From Alphaproteobacteria bacterium (GTDB lineage: Bacteria > Pseudomonadota > Alphaproteobacteria > Micavibrionales > UBA2020): 64,000 nucleotides of DNA. Both the position numbers and the translations under genes were made by a program. Below, in pieces: positions 46,555 to 56,000 of this stretch (position 1 is the stretch's first letter; every line of letters starts with the position of its first letter). The notes under the pieces are model-generated. The model made no database searches. It saw only the letters and a program-made list of their open reading frames with translations, and was not told where the DNA came from. The DNA lies in contig JAIOQI010000043.1 in assembly GCA_021413445.1 (NCBI GenBank), positions 10,594 through 74,593 of the forward strand, read 5' to 3'.

Positions 46555-46911
46555 TCAGGAGGCCTGCTGGATGCGGGTGGCGATGCCGTCGATGCGCTCA
46601 GCCAGGTGGTCGAGGATCCGTGCCACGGCCAGTTCGTCCTCCTTGCCGAAGGAGGCCTTCTGCGGCGCCGAAGCGGCCCCGCGCGCGGGTTTCGGGGTGG
46701 TTGCGGCCTCGCGGGTGTCAAACAACTCGTCCGCCAGCACGATGGCCGTCAGCACCATCAGGTGCGCGTCGTTATAGGCGGCGCCGGAGCGGGAAATCTG
46801 CTGCAGCTTCTGGTCGATGAAGGCGGCAAGGTCAACGACTCGGCCTTCCTGGCCGCTGTCGCAGGAAATATCATAGGTGCGACCATTGATGTAAATTTTC
46901 ACTTCAGCCAC
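46555..46911 (-). CDS. zapA: Cell division protein ZapA
   Basis: INGRTYDISCDSGQE, LTAIVLADEL. Confidence 0.9.
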   Translation of the reverse strand: MAEVKIYINGRTYDISCDSGQEGRVVDLAAFIDQKLQQISRSGAAYNDAHLMVLTAIVLADELFDTREAATTPKPARGAASAPQKASFGKEDELAVARILDHLAERIDGIATRIQQAS

Positions 46912-46915
46912 AGCA

Positions 46916-47134
46916 TTACTCCTCGGTTAAAAGCATTTCGAGACGGTTGATGGTCTGGTCGAGTTTCGCCGCGATTTTGCGGTTGACCTCGCGTTCGTTA
47001 TTCGCGCCCAGGTCGAGCTTCGGCTCTTCTTTAAGTTGTTTCTTGGGGGGAGTGAAGCGTTTTTCGACGGCTGTTTCGAGCCGCTGCAGCGCTTTATCCA
47101 GGTTTTCAAAGGCGGGCTTTAATGAAGAATTCAT
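46916..47134 (-). CDS. Small coiled-coil protein upstream of zapA (DUF4164-like)
   Basis: LDKALQRLE...KLDQTINRLEMLL; conserved position. Confidence 0.7.
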   Translation of the reverse strand: MNSSLKPAFENLDKALQRLETAVEKRFTPPKKQLKEEPKLDLGANNEREVNRKIAAKLDQTINRLEMLLTEE

Positions 47135-47250
47135 GAAAAATCCTTGTTTATTTTGGTGGGCTATTTTGACGATAGAATGAGCATAAAATCCCTGAAGGCT
47201 TTCGTCAATATAAACCCCTACTCCCATGAATCTTTTCAGCAAATCCGCCG

Positions 47251-47265
47251 TTAACGGCTTTTTAA
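47251..47265. promoter_or_regulatory. CtrA-type box
   Basis: TTAA-CGGCTTT-TTAA between the zapA operon and the cysQ-like gene. Confidence 0.55.
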
Positions 47266-47288
47266 TGATATGTCAATACAATGGCGTT

Positions 47289-48122
47289 ATGAAAGAAGTG
47301 GATTTAAAAACGCTGCTTCCTGCTGTGGAAGATATTGCGCGCCAGGCAGGCGCCGAGATCATGAAGCATTACGCCGGCACCGGCATCTATACCAAGGCCG
47401 ATGGCAGCATGGTCACGGATGCCGACCATGCGGCCGAAAACCTCATCCTGCCTGCGCTGAAAGCGCTGACGCCGCAGATCCCGATTGTTTCCGAGGAGCG
47501 CGTCGCCGCCGGCGAAGTGCCGGATATCAGCGGCGGCACCTTCTGGACGGTCGATCCGCTGGACGGCACGAGTGAATTCATCAACAAAACCGGGGGCTTT
47601 GTGGTGGCGATTGCGCTGATCGTCGATAACCAGGCCGTCATGGGCATCATTTACCACCCGACGCAGGGCCTGATGTACTCCGGCATGGGTCCCGGCACGG
47701 CCACCAAAACCGGCAGCGACGGCATCCGCACGCCCCTCACGGCGAATGAAACGGCCACCGAGCAGATGCGCGTCCTGGTCAAGTCCAACGCCAATATCGA
47801 CGGCATCAGGGGCTACCTGACCAAACAGTTCGACAGGGCCGCCCACATCGACACCAAAGGCGGCGCCGTACTGACCAATTATGTGGCTGAAAATATGGCC
47901 GATATGGCCGTCGTCTATCCCTTGCGGCGCCAGGGGCGGACCTATTGGTGGGATGTCGCCCCTGGCCACGCCATCGTCGAATCAGCCGGCGGGAAAGTGG
48001 AAACGCTGGAAGGCCAGCCGCTGCGCTATGATGCCGCCGACCTGCAGGTGCCGCCGCACGTGATTATCTCGCCGCGTCAGGCGCAGCCCGGCGCACAGAA
48101 CAAGCCTCCGAAGATTTCTTGA
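47289..48122 (+). CDS. CysQ/inositol-monophosphatase family phosphatase
   Basis: VTDAD, VSEE, DPLDGTSEF, WDVAPGHAI. Confidence 0.85.
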   Translation: MKEVDLKTLLPAVEDIARQAGAEIMKHYAGTGIYTKADGSMVTDADHAAENLILPALKALTPQIPIVSEERVAAGEVPDISGGTFWTVDPLDGTSEFINKTGGFVVAIALIVDNQAVMGIIYHPTQGLMYSGMGPGTATKTGSDGIRTPLTANETATEQMRVLVKSNANIDGIRGYLTKQFDRAAHIDTKGGAVLTNYVAENMADMAVVYPLRRQGRTYWWDVAPGHAIVESAGGKVETLEGQPLRYDAADLQVPPHVIISPRQAQPGAQNKPPKIS

Positions 48123-48124
48123 AA

Positions 48125-48517
48125 TTAAACCGGCTTGAACAGCTTGGCCAGGTTTTGCGCCTTGTTGACGGCGAAAAGGTCGCTCATGGCCTGGGTGCGC
48201 CCGTCTTGCGGGACAAGGGCGGACACGTCGCCTTCCTTCATCACCCGCAGGGAAATAGCGGCGTAAAAATCGACTAATTGGACAAGCAAGGCCGCGCGCG
48301 GCGCCTGAACCGCGTCATCATTTCCGCCCTTATCATGGGGAATATTTTCGAACAGGATCTCCGCGATTTTTTTCATCTCGCCGAGTTCCTGCTGTGTGGC
48401 GGCCTTGCGGAAGGCATCGACCAGGCCGGGATTGGCTTTTACTTTTCTTTCCACGGCTGCCTGGAATTCGCTGGCCAGATAGGCGATGGTGAAAATATCC
48501 GGTTTCTTCGGCGTCAT
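48125..48517 (-). CDS. Hypothetical protein (last gene of the vWA/AAA operon)
   Basis: 130 aa; ATG 1 nt after the previous stop. Confidence 0.7.
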   Translation of the reverse strand: MTPKKPDIFTIAYLASEFQAAVERKVKANPGLVDAFRKAATQQELGEMKKIAEILFENIPHDKGGNDDAVQAPRAALLVQLVDFYAAISLRVMKEGDVSALVPQDGRTQAMSDLFAVNKAQNLAKLFKPV

Positions 48518-48518
48518 C

Positions 48519-50030
48519 TCATTGCCCCTTCGGCGGTTGCTTGGGCTGGATCTTGAAGCCGCCTTTTTTCTGCTTCAGCGTCGCCTGCTTGGCATTGACT
48601 TCCGCCTGGGCGAAATCCACCTGATGGCGCTGCGACACGCTGACCTGCGCCCACAGGGTTTTCATCTCGGAAACGCGGCCCGCCCAGAGATCCGGCGCGA
48701 AAGCCAGCGTCAGCTGGTTTTTTTCCGCCAGGATGCTCAGCAGCGTATTGCCGTGGCGGTCCTTGGAGAGGAAATCGCCCAGCGTGACAAGGTCGCCGCC
48801 CTGCTTGGAAATCGCGAGCACTTTGTCGAAATGGCCGAACTTCACGGCGCACATCAGGCAGGAATTCTCCATCTGGCCCGTGGGCGCGCGCAAATCGGCG
48901 ATCGTCAGTTTCTCTCCCCGCTGGGAGAGCGCCGCCTGCACGGAATCAAATTTGTCCCATACCGCCTTGAGCCCCAGCGGCAGCACGGCCTTTTCCGCCG
49001 GAGTGGCTTCATTGAGGGGTTTCAGCAGGTCGGCCTTGCCCGTCACGGTCAGCGCCTGAAAGCGCGACGCATAGGTCAGGCTTTCCGCTTCGGCATAGGC
49101 GTTGTCGAAATCGCGCGTCGTCATGGAGGCGGTTTTCCAGCCGTCGAGGACATGCGACCACAGGGTCAGCATGTCCGGCAGGCGATCGACCCAATGGGCG
49201 GCCGTGAAAACCTTGGCGAGCGCCCCGTGCTCTGCGGCGCGCGCGAGGATATTCTTGGCATAGGAAACCTGCTTGATGAAGTCCACGATCTCAAAACGCT
49301 CGCCATGGTCCTTGAGGGTCTTGACCACCGCGTCATATTTGCCCCACGCCGAGCTGCCGTCGAAAACGGTGTCGCCGGAACCGTCCATCATCAGGACGTA
49401 TTCCTTGCGCAGATAATCGCCGGCCAGCGCCAGCTTGGCCGTAAACTCGTCGAATTCGCCGCGCCACGAGAAGGCCTGGCGGACGTCGTAGGGCGTCAGG
49501 CGCGCCTTGGCCAGGCTGTCCTCGGGGGTGGTCTTGCCTTCCGCCGCGAACAGCTTGCGTTTCAGGCTGGCGGGAGTCAGGCCCTGGGACTTGAAAATAT
49601 CCTTGCGGTTGGGCACCGGCACCTTGTACCACAGGCGCTCCATCTCCTCGTAACGGCCCTGCCAGACTTCAAAAGTGAACACGTTGCCGAGGCCCTTGCA
49701 TTCCACGGCGCTGTCGAGAAGCGTCTTGTTCGGGTCTTTGCCCAGCGGCTTCATGAAGTCGTCATAGCTGAAGGTGTCGCCGTTGGCCTGCACGATCTTG
49801 GCGATCTTCTCAAAGTTTTTCCAGGCGCCTTCGCTGTCGATGATGAACTTGCCCTCGTCGTCCGGCGCCAGGAAATCCGCCTTGGTCAGCGTTTGCAGCT
49901 GCTGCGACATCGCTTCCATCGTCTTCGCCAGGTTGTCGCCGGAAAAGGCGCGCTGGCGGTACTTCTCGGCTTCCGGGTGCTCGCAGAGGGAGGCGATGAT
50001 CGCCTGTTTGATGTACTTGCCGCTGCTCAT
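48519..50030 (-). CDS. Degenerate ankyrin-like repeat protein
   Basis: About seven LTxxDF...GxxLL repeats and three WxGRxxEMxxLW-type modules; ATGA overlap with the upstream gene. Confidence 0.8.
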   Translation of the reverse strand: MSSGKYIKQAIIASLCEHPEAEKYRQRAFSGDNLAKTMEAMSQQLQTLTKADFLAPDDEGKFIIDSEGAWKNFEKIAKIVQANGDTFSYDDFMKPLGKDPNKTLLDSAVECKGLGNVFTFEVWQGRYEEMERLWYKVPVPNRKDIFKSQGLTPASLKRKLFAAEGKTTPEDSLAKARLTPYDVRQAFSWRGEFDEFTAKLALAGDYLRKEYVLMMDGSGDTVFDGSSAWGKYDAVVKTLKDHGERFEIVDFIKQVSYAKNILARAAEHGALAKVFTAAHWVDRLPDMLTLWSHVLDGWKTASMTTRDFDNAYAEAESLTYASRFQALTVTGKADLLKPLNEATPAEKAVLPLGLKAVWDKFDSVQAALSQRGEKLTIADLRAPTGQMENSCLMCAVKFGHFDKVLAISKQGGDLVTLGDFLSKDRHGNTLLSILAEKNQLTLAFAPDLWAGRVSEMKTLWAQVSVSQRHQVDFAQAEVNAKQATLKQKKGGFKIQPKQPPKGQ

Positions 50031-50344
50031 GATGATTTCTTTACCTCTTTAAAAAGCGTCTTGGTGATCGCATTTCTCTGGCACAGCTTTTCAATATCGC
50101 CCTCGGTCATCGCGGCGTCAAGCGGGATGAAAATGACCTTGTTTTCCGGATTGCGCAGGGCGGCTTCCAGCGTCAGCAGGGTATCGGCCACGGCCACCCC
50201 CTTGTCTTTGGAGATGATGGCGCTTTCCCACCCCTGCTCGACCGTGAACAGCCGGCTGCCGTGGGGCAAAAATTTGCACCCACGCTCCATCGCGTTCTGG
50301 TGCGCGACTTCCACGGCAACCTTGTTCATGAGCTCAGATGACAT
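50027..50344 (-). CDS. Hypothetical protein (105 aa)
   Basis: In operon; stop overlaps the next start. Confidence 0.75.
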   Translation of the reverse strand: MSSELMNKVAVEVAHQNAMERGCKFLPHGSRLFTVEQGWESAIISKDKGVAVADTLLTLEAALRNPENKVIFIPLDAAMTEGDIEKLCQRNAITKTLFKEVKKSS

Positions 50345-50386
50345 GACGCCCCCTTTTCAACCGGGATGACCCCCGGCAAGAACTCC

Positions 50387-53032
50387 TTACATGGCCTTCT
50401 TGCTGGCCTTGATGAGATACTTGCCGTACATCATATCAATATTGCCATCGACCAGCAACTCCGCCAGTTGGGGGTTTTTGCCCTTCAGGTGCTCCGCATC
50501 GACGTCGTTCCGGTACTTGAAGGCTTCCGCCAGGCGGCCCCTCACCGATTCCGGCATGTTGCGCGTCAGGTCGTTCAGCGCCGCCTCGACCTTGCCGATC
50601 GCGTTCGGGTCGTTGCGATCGACATGGGTGATGCCCGCTTCACGGAAGGCGGCCAGCAGCTTGGACGGCACTTTCTCGCCCACGATCAGGGTTTTGCCGC
50701 GCGCTTCGTTGCGGACGATATGGATCGAAACGTCGCAGGGCGCGCCGCTGGCATCGTTGAACAGCACGCGCAGCGTGGTGGTCGCCAGCTTCTGGGCCGA
50801 ACGGTTCTCAGCGATGTGCAGGGCTTCGTCAAGATCAGCAGTAGCACCCTTGGCCCCGGCATCCGGCGTGTTCTGGTTGGCCGGAGCGGTGTTCTGGTCT
50901 TCCGTCAGCGGGCGGATGTTGGCGTCCCAGATCGCGGCGATATTCTTGCCGCTGATCGTCGGCAACGCCAGCGACGCCATGAAATCATCATGATGCACCA
51001 GGTCGTCGTAGCTGAGGTCCAGCTCCTTCTTCGCCAGGGTATAGGCCGCCACGTCCTCGATCTTCGCACCCGTCAGAGGCGACGCCCCCAGGGTTTCGTG
51101 GTCGCGGTTGACGATGAAGAGTTCCTTGGTCTCGGCGGTATTTTTCTGGCCGACTTTTTCCAGGGCATCATGCACCTTTTTCATGGTGACGATCTGGTCG
51201 TCTTCCGCCGTGATCTCGGGGGAGATCTGGCGGATATAGTCGCAGAACACCTTGCGGGCGAGCTGCGCCTGCTTGCCAAGATCGCGGTCGGCGAAAGAGC
51301 TGATGTTCAGCGCCTCCTCGACCGATTTCTGGCCGCTGTGCGCGCCTTCCAGCAGGTGCACGTCGTGCAGGCCGAACTCGTCCATCGCCTTGCTCAGCTT
51401 GGCGTAGAGCTTTTCCTTGCCGATGGCGGCGGATTTCTCATAGACCATGCGCTCCAGGAACTCAACCAGGCGGGTGCCGAAGAAGAGCGCCGGATTTTCG
51501 TCATCCTGCTCGCTCAGCACCGGCTGCTTCATGAAATCCTTGAAGTTGATGAACGCCGGCGCCTCGGCCGGCTCCATGCGCGGGCGGATGGCGGCAGCCT
51601 CTTCGAGGTGCTGCTTGATCTTGCGGAAATCGACGCCTTCTTTCTTGGAATACTCTTCGTCCACTTCCTCGACCAGGTCGGCATGGCCCTGCATAATCTT
51701 TTCGGCATCGGTCAGGGTCGCCCACTTGTCGTAGAACTGGGCGAGCTTCTCGGACGCGCTCACCACGTTCTTCCAGTTCATCAGCAACGCTTCCTGTAGC
51801 GCCGGAATAGCGACGCCTTCGATCTGGGCTTTTTCCTTGCGGAGCGCCATCAGCCACGCGCCGAAGGCATCCGGGTCCTTGTTGGCCTGGTCCTTGAACA
51901 CGGTGTAGAGCGTCGATACCGGCAAACCCACCATCATCTGGCAGATGCGGTGCTGCCAGTCGATCACATCCGGATCGGGCAGGGTTTGCGGCGAAAGGCG
52001 GGAATAAACCGACTTGTTCAGGCTGCGGGTGGTGACGCCGTCTTCGGTCTTGTTGCCGGTCAGGGTGACGAAGAAGCCGATGCCCATGTCTTCGCGCTTG
52101 AAGGTGAAGGAGCTGGGGCCCGACGTCGTGTCCTTGTTCTTGAGCGGGTTTTCAACGGTGCACTGGTCGATTTCGCCGTTGAGGAACTGCCAGACGGTCT
52201 GCAACGCGTTGTCGGAGCCTTCGCGCGACTTGTTGTACTCGTCGAGCACGCCTTCGCGGTTCTCCTTGAACCAGCGGATCAGCGGGCCGTACTGGGAATT
52301 CATGCCCAGCGCGTTGCCGCCGGCATTGTCGAGGCCTTCGATATGGCTGACTTCCTTCATGATCTTGTAGGCCGCATCGACTTCCTCGGGCTTGGCCTTA
52401 CCCTTGAAGTAATTCCAGTCGATGGACTTCACTTCATCTTTTTCAATGGAGACGCCCGGCAGGGATTTCAGTTTCGCCAGGGACAGGGCCTGCAGCGTGC
52501 CGGCTTTCAGGCGCTTGTCGATCGCGGAGGGCAGAGCGTCGCCGGAGCCGAAATCGAGGACCATTTCGAACAGCAGTTCGTTCATGTTCTTGCCGCCGCA
52601 GTCGAATACTTCGACCGACTTCTTGCTGCGCAGCCGGCCTTGCAGGGCGCCCATGAAGGACTTGCCGTGGCCGGGGTTGCCGATCAGCATCTGGGTGCGG
52701 TTTTTGCTTTCCGGCTTGCGTCTTTCCAGGCCGTCAAAGAACAGCTGCAGCATCGAAGGCACAGGCATGTCGCAATAAGCCAGCGCCATAACCTCCTGAT
52801 AGGAGCGTTCGGTATAAATTTTCATCGGACGGGCGTCGCTGGCGATGACGGACAGGACCTGCTCCAGCTCCGAGTTGCCCTTGTACTCGACGCGCTGCGA
52901 GCCCCACATCGGGAAAGGGCGGTCGGCGGTGCCGAGCGGCTTTTCCAGCTGCGCCAGAATCTCAGGGGTCAAATCCTTGATTTTGGTGGCGAGGAGGTCT
53001 GTAGCGGGGAGGTTTTTTGCGTCTTTTTTCAT
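50387..53032 (-). CDS. Large AAA+ ATPase, MoxR/CbbQ/midasin-like
   Basis: Walker A GNPGHGKS, Walker B GVLDEYN, sensor-1 TLTGN, Arg finger LNKSVYSRL. Confidence 0.8.
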   Translation of the reverse strand: MKKDAKNLPATDLLATKIKDLTPEILAQLEKPLGTADRPFPMWGSQRVEYKGNSELEQVLSVIASDARPMKIYTERSYQEVMALAYCDMPVPSMLQLFFDGLERRKPESKNRTQMLIGNPGHGKSFMGALQGRLRSKKSVEVFDCGGKNMNELLFEMVLDFGSGDALPSAIDKRLKAGTLQALSLAKLKSLPGVSIEKDEVKSIDWNYFKGKAKPEEVDAAYKIMKEVSHIEGLDNAGGNALGMNSQYGPLIRWFKENREGVLDEYNKSREGSDNALQTVWQFLNGEIDQCTVENPLKNKDTTSGPSSFTFKREDMGIGFFVTLTGNKTEDGVTTRSLNKSVYSRLSPQTLPDPDVIDWQHRICQMMVGLPVSTLYTVFKDQANKDPDAFGAWLMALRKEKAQIEGVAIPALQEALLMNWKNVVSASEKLAQFYDKWATLTDAEKIMQGHADLVEEVDEEYSKKEGVDFRKIKQHLEEAAAIRPRMEPAEAPAFINFKDFMKQPVLSEQDDENPALFFGTRLVEFLERMVYEKSAAIGKEKLYAKLSKAMDEFGLHDVHLLEGAHSGQKSVEEALNISSFADRDLGKQAQLARKVFCDYIRQISPEITAEDDQIVTMKKVHDALEKVGQKNTAETKELFIVNRDHETLGASPLTGAKIEDVAAYTLAKKELDLSYDDLVHHDDFMASLALPTISGKNIAAIWDANIRPLTEDQNTAPANQNTPDAGAKGATADLDEALHIAENRSAQKLATTTLRVLFNDASGAPCDVSIHIVRNEARGKTLIVGEKVPSKLLAAFREAGITHVDRNDPNAIGKVEAALNDLTRNMPESVRGRLAEAFKYRNDVDAEHLKGKNPQLAELLVDGNIDMMYGKYLIKASKKAM

Positions 53033-56000
53033 CGTTTTTTATCCATCTTGTTATGAGCTTTTTTCATGGCCCGACGTTTCTGGGTATTTGGAACGGCGAT
53101 AAAACTACCGCATTTCCTGATTTTATCGAGCAGCAGCCCGACGATCGCCATTGGCACTTTGTTCGGATCGCTCCCGAGAACGACGCCCATTTCCTGGGAC
53201 GGTTTCCGCGACTTCATGCTGTTGGCCATTTTTTCCATCGGCGTGCCCCGGTTCGCGGTGATGATCGCGACATCGAACGTCACCTTGTCGGAGTACTCGA
53301 ACATGGTATGCATCTTTTCCTTGGCTTCGGAGACATCGAACATGTCGCCGTCGGAAATGATCAGTACGTGCGTGAACCCGCTGAGGGTCCCGCTCTTGCC
53401 CCGCTGTTCGCCGATGGTCTCGGCGGTCTTAACGACAGCAGGCGCAAAATCCGTTCCGGAATTGAGGCCGCCGCGCATTTTCTCCATGGCCTTGCCGACC
53501 GTGATGCGGTCGTCGCCGGGCTTAATCAGGATCGGCGGGTCGGAATCACCCCACATGCCGACATAGACGTTCATCTTCATGTCCTTGCCGGCCGCGGCCT
53601 CATAAAGGATGGCGGCGGACTGCAGGGCGCTTTGCAGCGGCGACGGCCCGCTGCCCATGGCCGAGCCCATGCTGCCCGAACCGTCGATCAGGATGACAAT
53701 GTCGATCTCGGTCGGGACCATCTTGTTTTCATCTTTGTTGAAGCGCTTGAGGTCGTTTTCCTCGACGCCGCCCGCCAGCTTCTTGATCGTCAGGTTGCGG
53801 TGGGCTTCCATGTTGAAACGGTCCTTGACCTCGCCGTTTTCCGGCAGGATGTCCAGCGATTTCGACTGGACGACCTTACGCTGCAGCTGGCGCTTCTGGA
53901 TTTCCTTGAAAACCTTGCGCACCTGCTGGATCGGCTCGCTCAACTCGGCGATCCGCCGCGGGTAATCCTTCCAGTCCTGCTTGGCGAGATCCGCCAGGGA
54001 ACGGCCGTCGCCATGGCCGGCGCCCTTGCCTTTACCCTTGCCCTTGCCGTTCTTCTTGCCTTTTTTCTTTCCGTCCGCGTCTTCGCCGTCGGCATCCTCG
54101 CCATCGGCATCGGCGTCATCGCCGTCTTCATCGGCGTCTTCGGCTTCTTTTTCCAGCTCTTCCATGGTTTTGGCGTCTTCGTCGGCATCGGCATCGTCGC
54201 CATCAGCGTCCTTGCCTTCGCCGTCGGCATCCTTGCCGTCCGCGCCGGGATCGGTTTCATCGGCGGGCACTTCGGAAGCGTTTTTCGACTTCGGCATATC
54301 GCCGGCGCCCTCGACGGGAACCGTTTCCTCGCCGTCCGCGCCGAGCTTGCCTTCAGCGCCTTCGGCTTTTTCGCCGTCCTTGTCGCCGTCCTGTTTCTCG
54401 CCGTCTTCGGCTTTATCGCCTTTATCGCCCTTGTCTTTTTTGTCGCCTTTTTTGCCGTCTTTCTTGTCGCCCTTCTTGCTCTCGCCGTCTTTTTGCGGGT
54501 CGCCTTGCTGGTCGTCAGACGGCTCGCCGTCCTCGTCAATCTCGTCGGCATCCTGGGGATCGCCCTGCTGCTGGCCGCGCTGCGGCTTGCCTTTGCCCTT
54601 CCCTTTGCCTTTACCCTTGCCTTGACCTTGGCCCTGGCCGTCGGAAGGATCGCCCTCCTGGCCGTCATCACCGTCTTGTTCCTGGCCGTCGTCGCCGTCC
54701 TGATCCTGCTCGTCGCCTTTTTCCTGCTGCTTTTCCTTGGCTTCTTTCAGCTGCTGGTCGATCTGGTCATTGGCCTGGGTGAGGATTTTCTGGATCAGGT
54801 CCTCGGCATACAGCTTCCAGATTTCCTCGATGATCGCCTTGCGGTCCTGGTCGGCCCGCGCCACGCGGCCCATCAGGTTGTTCCAGCCGTACAGCCGCTC
54901 GTGCTGTTTCGGCTGCAAATTCTCCAGCCCCTTGGGGCCGCCGCACAGCTCGCGCAGGTGCTGGAAGTCGGCGTGAGAAACGCCGTCCTGGTCGTCCTTG
55001 GCGGCGTCCGGGCGGCCGGCCAGCGTCGCCGTCTTGCGCACCATGTTCGGATCGACGCCGACGCGGAACCAGCCGTCGTCGGTATTGTCGAACAGGCCGT
55101 TGTTCTGGAAGAAGTTCAACTGCACGGCGTTGCAAAGGTTCATATAGCGGCGCAGTTCCTCGGAGGCGTTCTTGTCCGCCGGCAGGCGCGTCAGGCCGAT
55201 CGCGCGCTGCGTGACCGCCGTGTTGTTGAGCGACACGCTGTAATCCTGCAGCATCTGCAGGCCCATGTTGGCGACAAACCGGTTGGCGACGTTTTCTTCC
55301 GCCGCCATGAACATCATCCGGCGCAATTGCCATTCCGTGCTCAGCATCTGCAATTTCTTGTATTCTTCGGGCGTCAGCTTGGGGCCTTTTTTAGCAGCGG
55401 CCTTGTTCTCCTTCAGCATCAGCGGGCGCATCTCGCTGTAAAGATGCTGCATGCGCTTGGGGTAGCTGACCGACAGCAGCGCGTGGCCGATTTCGCGGTA
55501 AACGTCGGCGCGGGCGTGCTCGAAGCCGACGATCATCGTCTGCATCAGGTCAACGTCGATGATGTTCTTCTGGCGGTTGAAGCTGAAGCCGGTGCCCGGC
55601 TCGCCCCAGGAATACTTGGTGTCCTTGTCGCGCAGCGCTTCGCGGATATGGTGGGCGTGGGAGAGAAGCTCCTGATACGCGCCCTTGGTGCCGATCACCT
55701 GTTTCCACAGCTCCGTCTCGCTCAGGGAGACAGGCTCGGCGACGGGCTTTTTCCACGTCTTCTGCGCATCGGGATTCAGCTTGAGGTAGGCAAAAGCGGC
55801 GCCCCAGACCAGTTGTTTTTCCGGCGTGTCGAACTGCGGCGTCTTCGGCGCCAGGCCGTTCTCGACCGCTTCAACGGCGTTCAGCACTTCCTGCTTGAAA
55901 TCCTGCGCGTTGCCGGGCAACGCGGCATAAAAAGCCTTTAAATCTTCCAGTGTGAAAGGCTGCGGGTTTTCGGCAGCCTGCGCAGCGCGAATCTTGCCGT

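Noticed and set aside
53017-55941. 974-aa ORF on the + strand, and similar long antisense ORFs (168-1142, 17458-19128, 26438-28246, 48486-50369, 50366-51799)
   Set aside because: They mirror well-supported genes on the opposite strand; GC-rich codon bias suppresses antisense stops, and the translations have no recognisable motifs.
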